Assembly (NCBI GenBank): GCA_046346885.1
Contig: JAXMHI010000010.1
Coordinates: forward strand, 56,632-120,631
Direction: 5' to 3'
DNA length: 64,000 nucleotides
From: a bacterium
GTDB taxonomy: Bacteria > UBA10199 > JADFYH01
The stretch's first letter is position 1. Every line of letters starts with the position of its first letter. Below are positions 1 to 9,462 of this stretch, in pieces. The translations under genes were made by a program, and so were the position numbers. The notes under the pieces are model-generated. The model saw only the letters and a program-made list of their open reading frames with translations. It was not told where the DNA came from and did not search any database.

Positions 1-513
1 GGCGTAGAGGACGGGAAACTCGATTTGTTTTTCGTCGGCGTCCAGGTCGATGAAAAGGTCGTAAACTTCGTTAAGCACCTGCTGGGGCCGCGCGTCCTTG
101 CGGTCGATCTTGTTGACAAGGACGATGATCTTAAGGTGAGACTCCAACGCCTTGCGGAGAACGAAACGCGTCTGCGGCAAGGGCCCTTCGGAGGCGTCGA
201 CGAGAAGGATCGCCCCATCGACCATCTTGAGGCCCCGCTCCACCTCTCCGCCGAAGTCGGCGTGGCCGGGGGTGTCGATGATGTTGATCTTCACGTCGTT
301 CCAATAGACGGCGCAGTTTTTCGAGGCGATGGTGATGCCCCGCTCCCGCTCCAAGTCCATATTGTCCATCATGCGGTCGGAAGTGGACTGGTTCTCGCGG
401 AAAGTCCCGCTCTGGCGGAGCATGAAATCGACGAGGGTGGTTTTGCCGTGGTCAACGTGGGCGATGATGGCGACGTTGCGGATTTTTTCGTTGCGTGCGG
501 TAATTTTAGTCAT
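1..513 (-). CDS. typA: Translational GTPase TypA/BipA, N-terminal 171 codons (gene continues past the left edge)
   Basis: I translated the minus strand from the ATG at 511-513: [36 protein letters not shown]...[18 protein letters not shown]...LVNKIDR. This shows G1 (AHVDHGKTT), G3 (DTPGH) and G4 (NKID) in TypA context. It is absent from the ORF track because no stop lies inside the window. The tracked 25..561 + ORF is its antisense shadow. Confidence 0.9.
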   Translation of the reverse strand, partial: MTKITARNEKIRNVAIIAHVDHGKTTLVDFMLRQSGTFRENQSTSDRMMDNMDLERERGITIASKNCAVYWNDVKINIIDTPGHADFGGEVERGLKMVDGAILLVDASEGPLPQTRFVLRKALESHLKIIVLVNKIDRKDARPQQVLNEVYDLFIDLDADEKQIEFPVLYA

Positions 514-575
514 AAAAAAAGGCCGGACCTTGCTTCAAAACAGGCCGAATTGCAACCTTAAAGGTAGCATGTTTC

Positions 576-1472
576 TTAAATCTTTTCCTCTTTTCCGCCT
601 TTTTGATCGGTTTTTCGAAGATGAGAAAGACCTTGAAGAATGTGCCGTATCCCCTTCCAAACACAGCTTTTCATCCGATAAGCCATGGTCGGTGAAATTT
701 CCCGCGGAACTTGAGGTAAAGCTCCCACCTCGCTCAAAACGCCGACGAAAACCTCGCCGTCGGTGAAATACCAATCCCCTTCCCCGTTCCGCCCTCCGAA
801 AGTGGTGCCGATACCGGGGGCTCGGGAAAGCTCACCCAAAGCCCCTGCATGAACGAGATCTCCCACCAACTGATCCCTTTCCCCGTCGATATCGGGAGAA
901 ATATGGTGGAGGATTTGTCCCGTATACCGGCTGAAGCAATAACTCTCGTCGAAAGTGGCCGCTCCCCACCAAACCTCTCTCCCCTTCTCCTCGCCCTTCC
1001 AAAAACGCGCGTGATGGCGCTTGAGCAAAGTGGGGCCGACTTCTTTCTCGAAGGCTAAATCTTGCTTGCGCCCGAACAAATACAAATCGCTCACCGGAGC
1101 GGTGGGGTAAGGATGGTGCGCCAGAAGGCTCTCCGTCATCTTCAACAAGCTATGAAGCTTTAAAGGATCCGCGGGAAGCCAACCGGCCCGTTGAAGCCCG
1201 GCGACCAGGGCTTCCTCCGTACCGAAGAGGGCAAGATTGACCGGATCACCGGGGATGCCCTGCGCGGTGGAGGTCCGCTTCGGCGTCGAGGAAAGTCCGT
1301 GATGGTGCTCATATCTCCGCCACACCCGGGGTAAAAAGAAATAGGAGATCGCCAGATAAAGAATTAAGAAACTTCCCAAAATCCAAAGGACCATTTCATT
1401 CCTTTCCGAAGGCGCAGTGTAACGGTTTTTCGCCCCTCCCGCACCCGTTTCTTTCCCTTGCCCTTCTTCCAT
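576..1472 (-). CDS. LssY-like C-terminal domain membrane protein
   Basis: 298-aa ORF with one TM helix ([19 protein letters not shown]). It continues [67 protein letters not shown], which fits the LssY_C consensus as I remember it. An alternative ATG at 1394 (MVLWIL, AAAGGA upstream) would leave a more realistic divergent promoter gap. Confidence 0.6.
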   Translation of the reverse strand: MEEGQGKETGAGGAKNRYTAPSERNEMVLWILGSFLILYLAISYFFLPRVWRRYEHHHGLSSTPKRTSTAQGIPGDPVNLALFGTEEALVAGLQRAGWLPADPLKLHSLLKMTESLLAHHPYPTAPVSDLYLFGRKQDLAFEKEVGPTLLKRHHARFWKGEEKGREVWWGAATFDESYCFSRYTGQILHHISPDIDGERDQLVGDLVHAGALGELSRAPGIGTTFGGRNGEGDWYFTDGEVFVGVLSEVGALPQVPREISPTMAYRMKSCVWKGIRHILQGLSHLRKTDQKGGKEEKI

Positions 1473-1493
1473 TCCCTGTGTTGAAAAGAACCT

Positions 1494-2666
1494 ATGGACT
1501 TCGACGTGCTCATCTTAGGCGCCGGTGCCGCGGGACTCATGTGCGCCCGGGAAGCGGCAAAACGGGGCAAGACGGTCTGCGTGCTGGAGAAGGCCGAGAG
1601 GGCGGGCAAGAAAATCCTCATTTCCGGCGGCGGCCGATGCAACTTCACCAACCTTTACTCGCGACCGGAGAATTTTCTCTCCGAAAACGACCACTTCTGC
1701 AAATCGGCGCTGGCCCGCTTTACTCCGGCGGATTTCATCTCCCTCGTGGAGAAGCACGGCATCGCCTACTACGAGAAAAAATTGGGCCAACTTTTCTGCG
1801 AAAGCTCCGCGAAGGAAATTACCGGACTTTTGCTGAGGGAATGCGGGGAAGCCGGCGTAAAAATCCGCCTGAAAAGCGAAGTTCTCTCCGTGGAAAAAAA
1901 CTCGGCGTTCGAAATTCGCCTCCCCGCCGAAACCCTAAAGGCACATTCGCTCGTCGTCGCCACGGGCGGCCTCTCCTTTCCCAAGCTGGGCGGCAGCGAC
2001 CTCGGTTACCGCTTAGCCCGCCAATTCGGGCTGAAGGTGACTGAATGCGCGCCGGCCTTGGTACCGTTGACCTGGGGAAAGAAAGACAAGGAATTTTTCT
2101 CGGAGCTCGCCGGAGTCTCCCTTGAAGCAGCCGTCGCTTGCGGAAAGGTCTCCTTCCGCGAAAATATCCTATTCACCCATAAAGGCTTAAGTGGCCCCGC
2201 CGTTTTGCAAATCTCCTCTTATTGGAAGCCGGGAGATCTTTTGACGATCGATCTTTTTCCCGAAAGGGATCTCGCCGAATGGCTTTTGGATAAGAAACTC
2301 CGAAAGGAAAGGGGCGAGCTTAAAAACGTTCTCGCGCAAATCCTGCCCAAGCGTTTTTCCGAGCTTTGGTGCGAACGCCATGCCCCCAGCCGCCCCTTGA
2401 GCGAATACACGGACGCGGCCTTGAGAAAAATCGCCGAAGAGCTTCACCACTGGCGCATTCTCCCCGAAGGAACCGAGGGATATGAAAAGGCGGAGGTAAC
2501 CCGCGGAGGCGTCGACACCTCGGAGCTTTCCTCGAAAACGCTCGAAGCTCACCGCGTCCCCGGGCTCTATTTCGTCGGCGAAGTAATGGACGTCACGGGC
2601 CACTTGGGGGGACACAATTTCCAATGGGCCTGGGCTTCCGGCTTCGCGGCGGGGCAGGCGGTTTAA
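1494..2666 (+). CDS. NAD(P)/FAD-dependent oxidoreductase, HI0933/YhiN (BaiN-like) flavoprotein family
   Basis: 390-aa ORF with dinucleotide-binding motif DVLILGAGAAGLMCA, the family-typical ISGGGRCNFTN, and C-terminal GGHNFQWAWASG. Confidence 0.85.
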   Translation: MDFDVLILGAGAAGLMCAREAAKRGKTVCVLEKAERAGKKILISGGGRCNFTNLYSRPENFLSENDHFCKSALARFTPADFISLVEKHGIAYYEKKLGQLFCESSAKEITGLLLRECGEAGVKIRLKSEVLSVEKNSAFEIRLPAETLKAHSLVVATGGLSFPKLGGSDLGYRLARQFGLKVTECAPALVPLTWGKKDKEFFSELAGVSLEAAVACGKVSFRENILFTHKGLSGPAVLQISSYWKPGDLLTIDLFPERDLAEWLLDKKLRKERGELKNVLAQILPKRFSELWCERHAPSRPLSEYTDAALRKIAEELHHWRILPEGTEGYEKAEVTRGGVDTSELSSKTLEAHRVPGLYFVGEVMDVTGHLGGHNFQWAWASGFAAGQAV

Positions 2667-2667
2667 T

Positions 2668-4416
2668 CTAAGACTTCTCCGATAAAGTTTCAGTAAGGGC
2701 CGCCTGGGCTCGCGAATAGATGCGGAGGAAGGAATTCCAAAACACGACGCCCATTAAACCTAAGAAAATGACGAGACCGGCCACCACTTCCCCCTGCAAG
2801 AAAAGCGTCGAGCTTAAGATCAAAATCCACAAGCCCACCGCGACGATTCCCGTCATGAGGAAGGTGTTGGAGATTAGGGCGCGGATGAGTTTCAAGCGTT
2901 TGCCCTGAATTTTACCGGAAACGGTGGAAGCATCCGCCAAGTGAGCACCCATGCGGAAGAGCTTTCGGAAACTCGCGAGCAAAAACGGAAAGGAAAGAAG
3001 CATCGCGACCGACCAGCAAACCGTATCCAAGCCTCCCCAGCGGATCGGGAAAAAATTCCAGGTACCCCGGTACCATTCACAGATACGATCGGCGACGATG
3101 AAAATGCCGCTGACGAAGGCGAGGTTGAGTAGAATCTGTAAAAAGCCGCGCTGCATCCCGCGCCTTAAGTCGGAGGCGCCGCGGTGAGCCAAATTCCTCA
3201 CCCAAAGGGTATAGAGGTTTAAGCTCGCGACCACCCCTTTTGGCGTAAGCGTCGCAAACCGTTGCAGGAAGCCGTCGGAAGCGCGGATGAGGTAAGGCGT
3301 AAGGAGGGTGGTGATGGAGGAAACGGTCACCGCGATGGGATATAAAAATCCGCTCGTCACCTTAAGACTTAACCCCAAACTCGCGATGATGAAGGAAAAC
3401 TCGCCGATCTGGGCGAGCCCCATGCCTACTTTAAACGAGGTCTTGTAATCGTTGCCCGCCACATAAGTGCCGAAAGAACAGGTGACCACCTTGCCCACGA
3501 TGACCGCGAGCGTGATCACCGTGATGGGCAGCGCATATTGCACGAGCAACTGCGGCTCGATGAGCAGCCCCACCGAAATGAAGAAGATCGCGCTGAAGAG
3601 ATCGCGCACTGGCTCGACGATTTGTTCGATTTCGTGAATCTCCTTCGATTCGGCGATGACCGCGCCGATCAAGAAGGCCCCCAAGGCCTCGCTGTAACCG
3701 AGCTTAATGGCGAGCCAGGAAACACCGAAACAAAGCCCCAGGCAGGTGACGAGCATCATTTCTTTGCTCTTGAATTTGGCGACGTAATGGAGAAAGCGAG
3801 GGACCACCAAAAGCCCCAACACGAGCACGACGGTGAGAAAGATGCCCAAGCGGCCCAGGGTCGCTCCCACTTCCGAGAGCTTCAGCTCTCCGGTCATCGC
3901 GATACCGGAGAGCAGTGCGAGCAAGGCGACGGCCAAGATGTCCTCGACGATGAGGATGCCGAAGATGAGCTTGGCGAACTCGGTGTGCGACTTGCCCAAA
4001 TCTTGAAGGGCCTTCACGATGATCGTGGTGGAGGAAATGGCCAGGATCGCACCTAAGAAAATGCAATCGATCTCGACCCACCCGAAAAAGTTGCCCACCT
4101 CGAAACCGATCCAAATCATGAACAGGATCTCAAGCAAGGCGGCGATCACCGCGGTACCTCCCACCTCCCTCACCTTCTTCAAGTTGAAATGGAGGCCCAA
4201 CGAGAACATGAGCAGGATAATTCCCAAATCGGCCAAAGTCTTGATGTTGTCGAGGTCATGAATAAGGGCGAAAGGCGGCGTGTGGGGGCCGATAATGAGG
4301 CCCGCCATCAGGTAACCTAAAACCACCGGTTGATGGAGGCGCCGAAAAAGGATGGAAACGAAGGCCGCCGTCAAGATGGCGATGGTCAAGTCTTGGATGA
4401 AGAGGGTCCCGTGCAT
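2668..4416 (-). CDS. Cation:proton antiporter (CPA family, no KTN domain)
   Basis: 582-aa polytopic membrane ORF with a Na+/H+-exchanger-type N-terminus (VVLGYLMAGLIIGPHTPPFALI). Its stop lies 1 nt from the stop of the convergent gene ending at 2666. Confidence 0.8.
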   Translation of the reverse strand: MHGTLFIQDLTIAILTAAFVSILFRRLHQPVVLGYLMAGLIIGPHTPPFALIHDLDNIKTLADLGIILLMFSLGLHFNLKKVREVGGTAVIAALLEILFMIWIGFEVGNFFGWVEIDCIFLGAILAISSTTIIVKALQDLGKSHTEFAKLIFGILIVEDILAVALLALLSGIAMTGELKLSEVGATLGRLGIFLTVVLVLGLLVVPRFLHYVAKFKSKEMMLVTCLGLCFGVSWLAIKLGYSEALGAFLIGAVIAESKEIHEIEQIVEPVRDLFSAIFFISVGLLIEPQLLVQYALPITVITLAVIVGKVVTCSFGTYVAGNDYKTSFKVGMGLAQIGEFSFIIASLGLSLKVTSGFLYPIAVTVSSITTLLTPYLIRASDGFLQRFATLTPKGVVASLNLYTLWVRNLAHRGASDLRRGMQRGFLQILLNLAFVSGIFIVADRICEWYRGTWNFFPIRWGGLDTVCWSVAMLLSFPFLLASFRKLFRMGAHLADASTVSGKIQGKRLKLIRALISNTFLMTGIVAVGLWILILSSTLFLQGEVVAGLVIFLGLMGVVFWNSFLRIYSRAQAALTETLSEKS

Positions 4417-4517
4417 GCCTTGCCTTGTTTCTACGGACAGATTGATATAAAGGGGAAGACACTATTTTTACCCGAATCGAGAGAGAGTGAAAACCTTTTT
4501 TAAACGGAGGATTTCAG

Positions 4518-4901
4518 ATGCCTTCTCCTCTTCTTTTTATCAAAAAAGAGGTTCGACTTTCCTATTCCGAGTCCACCCCGACCGCGGGCTGGGTGGAGAT
4601 CCAGCAATGGACGGACCGCCAGCGCTTTATGAACTGCGCCAAGTTGTGGGGGATCTTTTGGTTGGGGGCCGTGGTGGCCGTTTTCCTACCCGTCCTTCAT
4701 TTTTTTTTGGTACCGCTCCTCTTCGTGATCGGCCCCATCGCGGGAATCGTCAAGCTCCAACAGAAGGAAAGGATTTTTAAGGGAGAAGGCATCTGCCCCG
4801 CCTGCCAAGCGCCGCTGAAGATCGAACCGGGCTCCGCCCGCTTCCCCTTAGAAGAGCTTTGCGGCGCCTGCCGCAGAAACATCGCGATTGAATTCGCATA
4901 A
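4518..4901 (+). CDS. Hypothetical membrane protein with C-terminal zinc-ribbon-like CxxC pairs
   Basis: 127-aa ORF with GGAGGA shortly upstream of the ATG. It has two hydrophobic helices followed by CPAC...CGAC. I recognise no family. Confidence 0.5.
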   Translation: MPSPLLFIKKEVRLSYSESTPTAGWVEIQQWTDRQRFMNCAKLWGIFWLGAVVAVFLPVLHFFLVPLLFVIGPIAGIVKLQQKERIFKGEGICPACQAPLKIEPGSARFPLEELCGACRRNIAIEFA

Positions 4902-4911
4902 CCGCCGTTCC

Positions 4912-5169
4912 CTATTTGGAAAGAAGCGCCTCTTTTTCCCTTCGGCTTAAGGCTTTCACTTCCCTCTCCCGCTTCAAGGCGCGGGAGTAGTCGAACCCCG
5001 ACTCTTGATAGATCAACTTCACCGGCAAGCGCACGCGCGTGTACTTAGAGGCAACCCCTTCGTTATGCTTTTGAAGGCGCTGCTCCAAATCTTTGGTGAT
5101 GCCGGTGTAAAAGGTGCCGTCGCGGCATTCGAGGATGTAGAGAAACCAATCGGAAACGGTGGAATCCAT
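4912..5169 (-). CDS. Small GIY-YIG (URI-domain) nuclease family protein
   Basis: WFLYILECRDGTFYTGITKDLEQRLQKHN...REREVK is the GIY-YIG core. I place the start at ATG 5169 (MDSTVSD). The tracked 110-aa ORF (to 5244) reads through the palindromic repeat and yields the typical artefact peptide RESGDP..WIPAFAGMT. Confidence 0.75.
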   Translation of the reverse strand: MDSTVSDWFLYILECRDGTFYTGITKDLEQRLQKHNEGVASKYTRVRLPVKLIYQESGFDYSRALKREREVKALSRREKEALLSK

Positions 5170-5176
5170 ATTCTTT

Positions 5177-5240
5177 GTCATCCCCGCGAAAGCGGGGATC
5201 CATCTTGCGGCAGGGGGATCCCCGCTTTCGCGGGGATGAC
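5177..5240. repeat. REP-like perfect palindrome (GTCATCCCCGCGAAAGCGGGGATCC ... GGATCCCCGCTTTCGCGGGGATGAC)
   Basis: Two 25-nt arms that are exact reverse complements, separated by about 13 nt, read directly from the sequence. Each arm is itself a small hairpin (CCCCGC GAAA GCGGGG). The element lies between the slyD stop and the GIY-YIG start, so it could also act as a terminator for slyD. Confidence 0.85.
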
Positions 5241-5250
5241 GCAAAGAATT

Positions 5251-5724
5251 CTAATGCCCGTGATGCCCGTCCGGGCCATGGGCATGGCCATGGGCCACTT
5301 CCTCGGCGCTGGCTTCGCGAACGTCCACGAGCTCCACGTCGAAGGTGAGATCGACGCCGGCCAGGGGATGATTCGCGTCCAGAGTGGCATGGGTGCTGTT
5401 CACTTCGATGACGGTGAAAGGATGAGATTCGGGATCGCCCCCGGCCATGAATTGATCCCCTACTTTCACGTTTCGGTCGGGCAGTTTTTCAAGGGGTACC
5501 GCCACGATGTATTTTTGCTCCCGCTCTCCGTAGGCGTCTTTCGCGGCCACTTGAATTTTTTTCTTATCGCCCTTCTTCAAGGTCTTCATTTGGCCTTCCA
5601 AACCGGGAATGATCTGCCCCGCCCCTTCCATATAAGTTAAGGGGCCGTGGTCGGCCGAAGCATCGAGGGTTTTACCTTGCGGGTCGGTGAGGGTGTAGTG
5701 GAATGAAATAACTCGTGGATTCAT
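5251..5724 (-). CDS. slyD: FKBP-type peptidyl-prolyl isomerase SlyD with His-rich tail
   Basis: MNPRVISFHYTLTDPQGKTLD...GAGQIIPGLEGQM..NHPLAGVDLTFDVELVDVREA followed by the HGHAHGPDGHHGH tail. The ATG at 5724 has AGGAGA upstream. The longer tracked start (5775) lies in a repeat. Confidence 0.9.
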   Translation of the reverse strand: MNPRVISFHYTLTDPQGKTLDASADHGPLTYMEGAGQIIPGLEGQMKTLKKGDKKKIQVAAKDAYGEREQKYIVAVPLEKLPDRNVKVGDQFMAGGDPESHPFTVIEVNSTHATLDANHPLAGVDLTFDVELVDVREASAEEVAHGHAHGPDGHHGH

Positions 5725-5758
5725 GAATGATTCTCCTAAATTAATTACAGGGTGATGG

Positions 5759-5870
5759 TTCGACAAGCTCACCATGTCCGATTTTAAAAAACAACCGGAA
5801 CATCCTCAGCTTGTCGATAAGCTTATCATGCCTGATTGTAAAACAACCGGGACATCCTGAGCTTGTCGAA
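5759..5870. repeat. Cluster of REP-like units (TTCGACAAGCTCA..ATGTCC core; one inverted and two direct copies)
   Basis: ttcgacaagctcaccatgtcc (about 5759-5779) is the near reverse complement of ggaacatcctcagcttgtcga (about 5799-5818) and gggacatcctgagcttgtcgaa (about 5848-5870). Each direct copy is preceded by att(t/g)taaaa(a)acaacc. Translation gives the common artefact peptides SLSNH / FDKL. Confidence 0.75.
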
Positions 5871-5884
5871 GGATGAATTGCTTT

Positions 5885-7576
5885 TTACTGCCTCTTAAAC
5901 TTCTTATACTTAATTCGATGCACTTGCTCCGCCTCGGCGCCCAAGCGCTTCTTCCGGTCTTCTTCGTACTCGGAGAAGTTGCCGTCGAACCAGGTCACTT
6001 GGCTATCCCCTTCGAAGGCCAAGATATGGGTGGCGACGCGGTCTAAAAACCAGCGATCGTGGCTGATGATGACGGCGCAGCCGACGAAATTCTCAAGGGC
6101 GACTTCCAGGGAACGCAGCGTATTGACGTCCAAATCATTGGTCGGTTCGTCCAAGAGCAAAACGTTTCCGGGATCCCGCAAGGCCATGGCCAGGTGCACA
6201 CGGTTTCTTTCTCCACCGGAGAGCACGGCGATCTGCTTTTGTTGGTCATTGCCCGAGAAGTTAAAACGGGCGCAGTAGGCCCTTGCATTCACTTCTCGGC
6301 TGCCGAGCTTGATCAGGTCATTGCCGCCGGAGATGCATTCGAAGACGGTACGCTTGTCGTCCGGAGCGAAACGGTTTTGGTCCACGTAACCTAATTTTAC
6401 CGTATCGCCCACCTTGAAGGTCCCCGCATCCGGTTTCTCCTGCCCCATGATCATCTTGAACAAGGTCGTCTTCCCCGCCCCGTTGGGCCCGATGATGCCG
6501 ACGATGCCCCCTTGGGGTAATTTAAAATTCAAATTTTCATAAAGGAGATTTTCTCCGAAGGCCTTCGCCACCCCTTGCGCCTCGATGACCACCTCGCCCA
6601 AGCGGGGACCGGGCGGAATGTAAATTTCGATGTCTTCGGCCACCTTCTCGTTCGATTGGGTGAGCATGGTCTCGTAATTGGAGATACGGGCCTTCGATTT
6701 CGCCCGGCGGGCCGAGGGAGACTGACGGATCCATTCCAATTCGCGTTCCAACGTTTTCACGCGCTTCGCTTCCGCTTTTTCCTCGTTCTTGAGCCGCTCC
6801 TCTTTCTGTTGAAGCCAAGACGAGTAATTGCCCTTCCAAGGGATACCGTGCCCTCGATCGAGTTCCAAAATCCAGCCGGCCACGTTATCGAGAAAATAGC
6901 GATCGTGGGTCACGGCGATAACGGTGCCCTTATATTGTTGCAAGTGCCGCTCCAACCAAAAAACCGATTCGGCATCCAAATGGTTGGTTGGTTCGTCTAA
7001 AAGGAGGATATCCGGCTCCTTCAACAGCAATCGGCAAAGGGCCACGCGTCTTTTTTCACCGCCGGAAAGGGTCGACACCTTGGCGTCGTCGGGCGGGCAG
7101 CGCAGGGCATCCATCGCCAGCGAAAGTCGGCTGTCAAGCTCCCAAGCCTGGGCATGATCCAACTTCTCCTGCACCACCGCCTGGCGCTCGAGGAGCTTGT
7201 TCATCTCGTCATCGCTCATGGGGTTGGCAAAGCTGTTGTTGATGGTTTCAAATTCTTTGAGAAGATCGACGATCTCTTGCACGCCCTCTTCCACTACCTG
7301 CCGAACGGTCTTTTCGGGGTCTAAAGAGGGTTCTTGCTCCAAATATCCCACGCTGTAGCCCTTGGCGAAGCTCACCTCGCCCGTATAGCCCTTGTCCACG
7401 CCGGCGATGATCCGAAGGAGACTGCTCTTCCCGGCGCCGTTCAAACCCAACACGCCGATCTTGGCGCCGTAGTAAAAACCCAAATAAATGTCTTTCAATA
7501 CTTCTTTCTTGGGGGGATGGACGCGCCCCACCTTGTTCATGGAGAAAATAACTTTTTCCGGCTCGGTCGCTGCCAT
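5885..7576 (-). CDS. ettA: ABC-F ATPase, energy-dependent translational throttle protein EttA
   Basis: 563-aa ORF that is collinear with E. coli EttA as I remember it (..GAKIGVLGLNGAGKS.., LSGGEKRRVALCRLL, THDRYFLDNVAGWILELDRG.GIPW.GNYSSWL, GPNGAGKTTL, LSGGERNRVHLA, ISHDRWFLDR.ATHIL). Confidence 0.95.
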   Translation of the reverse strand: MAATEPEKVIFSMNKVGRVHPPKKEVLKDIYLGFYYGAKIGVLGLNGAGKSSLLRIIAGVDKGYTGEVSFAKGYSVGYLEQEPSLDPEKTVRQVVEEGVQEIVDLLKEFETINNSFANPMSDDEMNKLLERQAVVQEKLDHAQAWELDSRLSLAMDALRCPPDDAKVSTLSGGEKRRVALCRLLLKEPDILLLDEPTNHLDAESVFWLERHLQQYKGTVIAVTHDRYFLDNVAGWILELDRGHGIPWKGNYSSWLQQKEERLKNEEKAEAKRVKTLERELEWIRQSPSARRAKSKARISNYETMLTQSNEKVAEDIEIYIPPGPRLGEVVIEAQGVAKAFGENLLYENLNFKLPQGGIVGIIGPNGAGKTTLFKMIMGQEKPDAGTFKVGDTVKLGYVDQNRFAPDDKRTVFECISGGNDLIKLGSREVNARAYCARFNFSGNDQQKQIAVLSGGERNRVHLAMALRDPGNVLLLDEPTNDLDVNTLRSLEVALENFVGCAVIISHDRWFLDRVATHILAFEGDSQVTWFDGNFSEYEEDRKKRLGAEAEQVHRIKYKKFKRQ

Positions 7577-7687
7577 AGGTCGATTCCTTTGAAATGATGT
7601 GAAATGCGATGAATGAGCCCATAGCTCTAGCCTAGAGAGCGGGGAAAGATCAATGGGAATGAAATTTATTCAAAAAGGGAATTTCGT

Positions 7688-8203
7688 TCAGGGCTGAATC
7701 TCGATTTCCGTCCCATCCTCCACAAGCCCCCAAATTTCATCCATCTCCTCGTCCGTCACGGCGATGCAGCCGTCGGTCCAATCTACCAGGAGTTGGGTTT
7801 TTCCCAAAACACCGAGTCCGTTGGGAAGGCCGTGGATCATGATCATGCCGCCGGGAGAAACGCCGTCCTTCTTCGCCCGGGCGATTTCACGCAGGTTAGG
7901 GTAAGAGATATGGAGGGATTTATAGAATTTACTGTCGGGGTTCCGCCAGTCGATCACGTAAGTGCCTTCGGGCGTCTTACCATCGCCCTCTTCGCTCTTG
8001 GCGCCGACGGGTTGACGGCCCAAGGAGACGGAATATTTTTTGACGACTTTCTTGCCGTCCATCAGCGAAAGGGTTCGTTTCGACTTCTCCACTAAAATTT
8101 TGCGAACCTTCACCTCTTTCGCTTCCGCCTTCAAAAAAGGGCATATCACGAAGCTTAAAAGCACGAAGAGACTGAGGAGGATTTTGTTAGCGTTTATTTT
8201 CAT
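7688..8203 (-). CDS. L,D-transpeptidase (YkuD) family protein, YafK-like, secreted
   Basis: Signal peptide MKINANKILLSLFVLLSFVICPFLKA. Catalytic region IHG...WTDGCIAVTDEEMDEIW. The ATG at 8203 overlaps the upstream stop as ATGA. The tracked start at 8290 is an extension. Confidence 0.8.
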   Translation of the reverse strand: MKINANKILLSLFVLLSFVICPFLKAEAKEVKVRKILVEKSKRTLSLMDGKKVVKKYSVSLGRQPVGAKSEEGDGKTPEGTYVIDWRNPDSKFYKSLHISYPNLREIARAKKDGVSPGGMIMIHGLPNGLGVLGKTQLLVDWTDGCIAVTDEEMDEIWGLVEDGTEIEIQP

Positions 8204-9462
8204 TCCGTTTTTTGAGGCGGAGAGCGGTAATACTCCACCAACCCTTCCGCCACGGAGGCGGCGTATTCTTCGTAAAGGCTCGTCACCCAACGGTCGCCGA
8301 CGCGTCGAACGCCTTCGTAATCCCCCTCTTGAATGCGGGCCATCACTTCCGGATGATTCATCACGTAAGGCTCCAGATAGATCACCGGCCCCTCATAAAT
8401 ACGGTTCGCCAAGAGATTGCGCGCCCAAACATAAGGGTTGGTTCCCACTTTTTTTACCGAGCCGGCGGGAAAAAAGGCCGGCGGTAAACCCGTATTGCGC
8501 AAGAAGGCCTCCGCCACTTTTTCGGCGACGCCCTCCTCCACCTCCCCCACCCCGCTTAAAAGCTTCAGGAGCATTTCGCGGCGGATGTCGTCGAACGAAA
8601 GTTCTTCCCCGGTGTAGGCCCCGTTCATCAACACGTGAAAATGATTTCGGACGGCGCTTTGCGGATTTTTCGGATCCCCCCAATTTTCGGCGTCGAAATG
8701 CAGGCAAAGAGTCAAGTCGGGCTTGAAACTTTGGTTGATCTTTTGGGCCCTCGCACGAATCTCCGCCGTCCGATAAAAAAGAAGTTCGCTCAGGCGCTTC
8801 GCTTTCTCCGAAGCCGTCTCCCCGTCGCGACCGGAAAACTCCTCGCGTACTAAGGAAGAATCTTTTTGAAGATATTCATCCGCGAGCGGCATCAAAGACT
8901 CGGGACGCCAAGGGGTGAGAGGATCGGAGTTTTGTCGCACCAAATACACCTCGGCGCCCAACTCTTGCAATCGACGCTCCAACCGCTTCGCGACTTGAAG
9001 GGTCAGATCCCCTTCCAAGATGGGCGGTTGAAACTCCATTTGAAACCAACGGCCTTCCATGCGCGCCCACTCGCCTCCCAAGTGGCCCGGGTCGAGGGCG
9101 ATTTTGAGACCCGCCAAGGGAAGTCCCCCCGACACTTTTCGGGTAGCGCTCTCCGTATGGGAAACGGATTTGACGCCGCTGCGGTCCGCCGCAAATCGAA
9201 GTTTGAAAAAATCCTTCGGATCGGAATCGTTTTTACGGATGAGCGCCCATCGGGGAAAAACCGTGATGTATTTTTGGTAGTCTTGGTCTTGGGCGTAGAC
9301 GGTCTGTAAAAGCTTAAGAAAATCCTCGCGAGTGATGGTTTCTTGATAAACCTCGAGCGCCGACCAATGGGGAGCCGCCGCCAAGGCGCTGAGCTTCGGC
9401 TGGGGGTGGTGGCACCCCAGAAGGGAGATAAGCAACAAGAAGGAAATAAAAAACCTAATCAC
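8200..9462 (-). CDS. N-acetylmuramoyl-L-alanine amidase (Amidase_3-like) lipoprotein
   Basis: Lipobox LISLLGC. LKIALDPGHLGGEW and a later LCLHFDAE resemble the zinc-amidase core. 4-nt overlaps with both neighbours. Confidence 0.7.
   Translation of the reverse strand: MIRFFISFLLLISLLGCHHPQPKLSALAAAPHWSALEVYQETITREDFLKLLQTVYAQDQDYQKYITVFPRWALIRKNDSDPKDFFKLRFAADRSGVKSVSHTESATRKVSGGLPLAGLKIALDPGHLGGEWARMEGRWFQMEFQPPILEGDLTLQVAKRLERRLQELGAEVYLVRQNSDPLTPWRPESLMPLADEYLQKDSSLVREEFSGRDGETASEKAKRLSELLFYRTAEIRARAQKINQSFKPDLTLCLHFDAENWGDPKNPQSAVRNHFHVLMNGAYTGEELSFDDIRREMLLKLLSGVGEVEEGVAEKVAEAFLRNTGLPPAFFPAGSVKKVGTNPYVWARNLLANRIYEGPVIYLEPYVMNHPEVMARIQEGDYEGVRRVGDRWVTSLYEEYAASVAEGLVEYYRSPPQKTE

Noticed and set aside
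25-561. 178-aa plus-strand ORF at the left edge
   Set aside because: It is the antisense shadow of typA. The minus strand gives a textbook GTPase sequence starting at ATG 513, whereas the plus-strand product is low-complexity with no motif.
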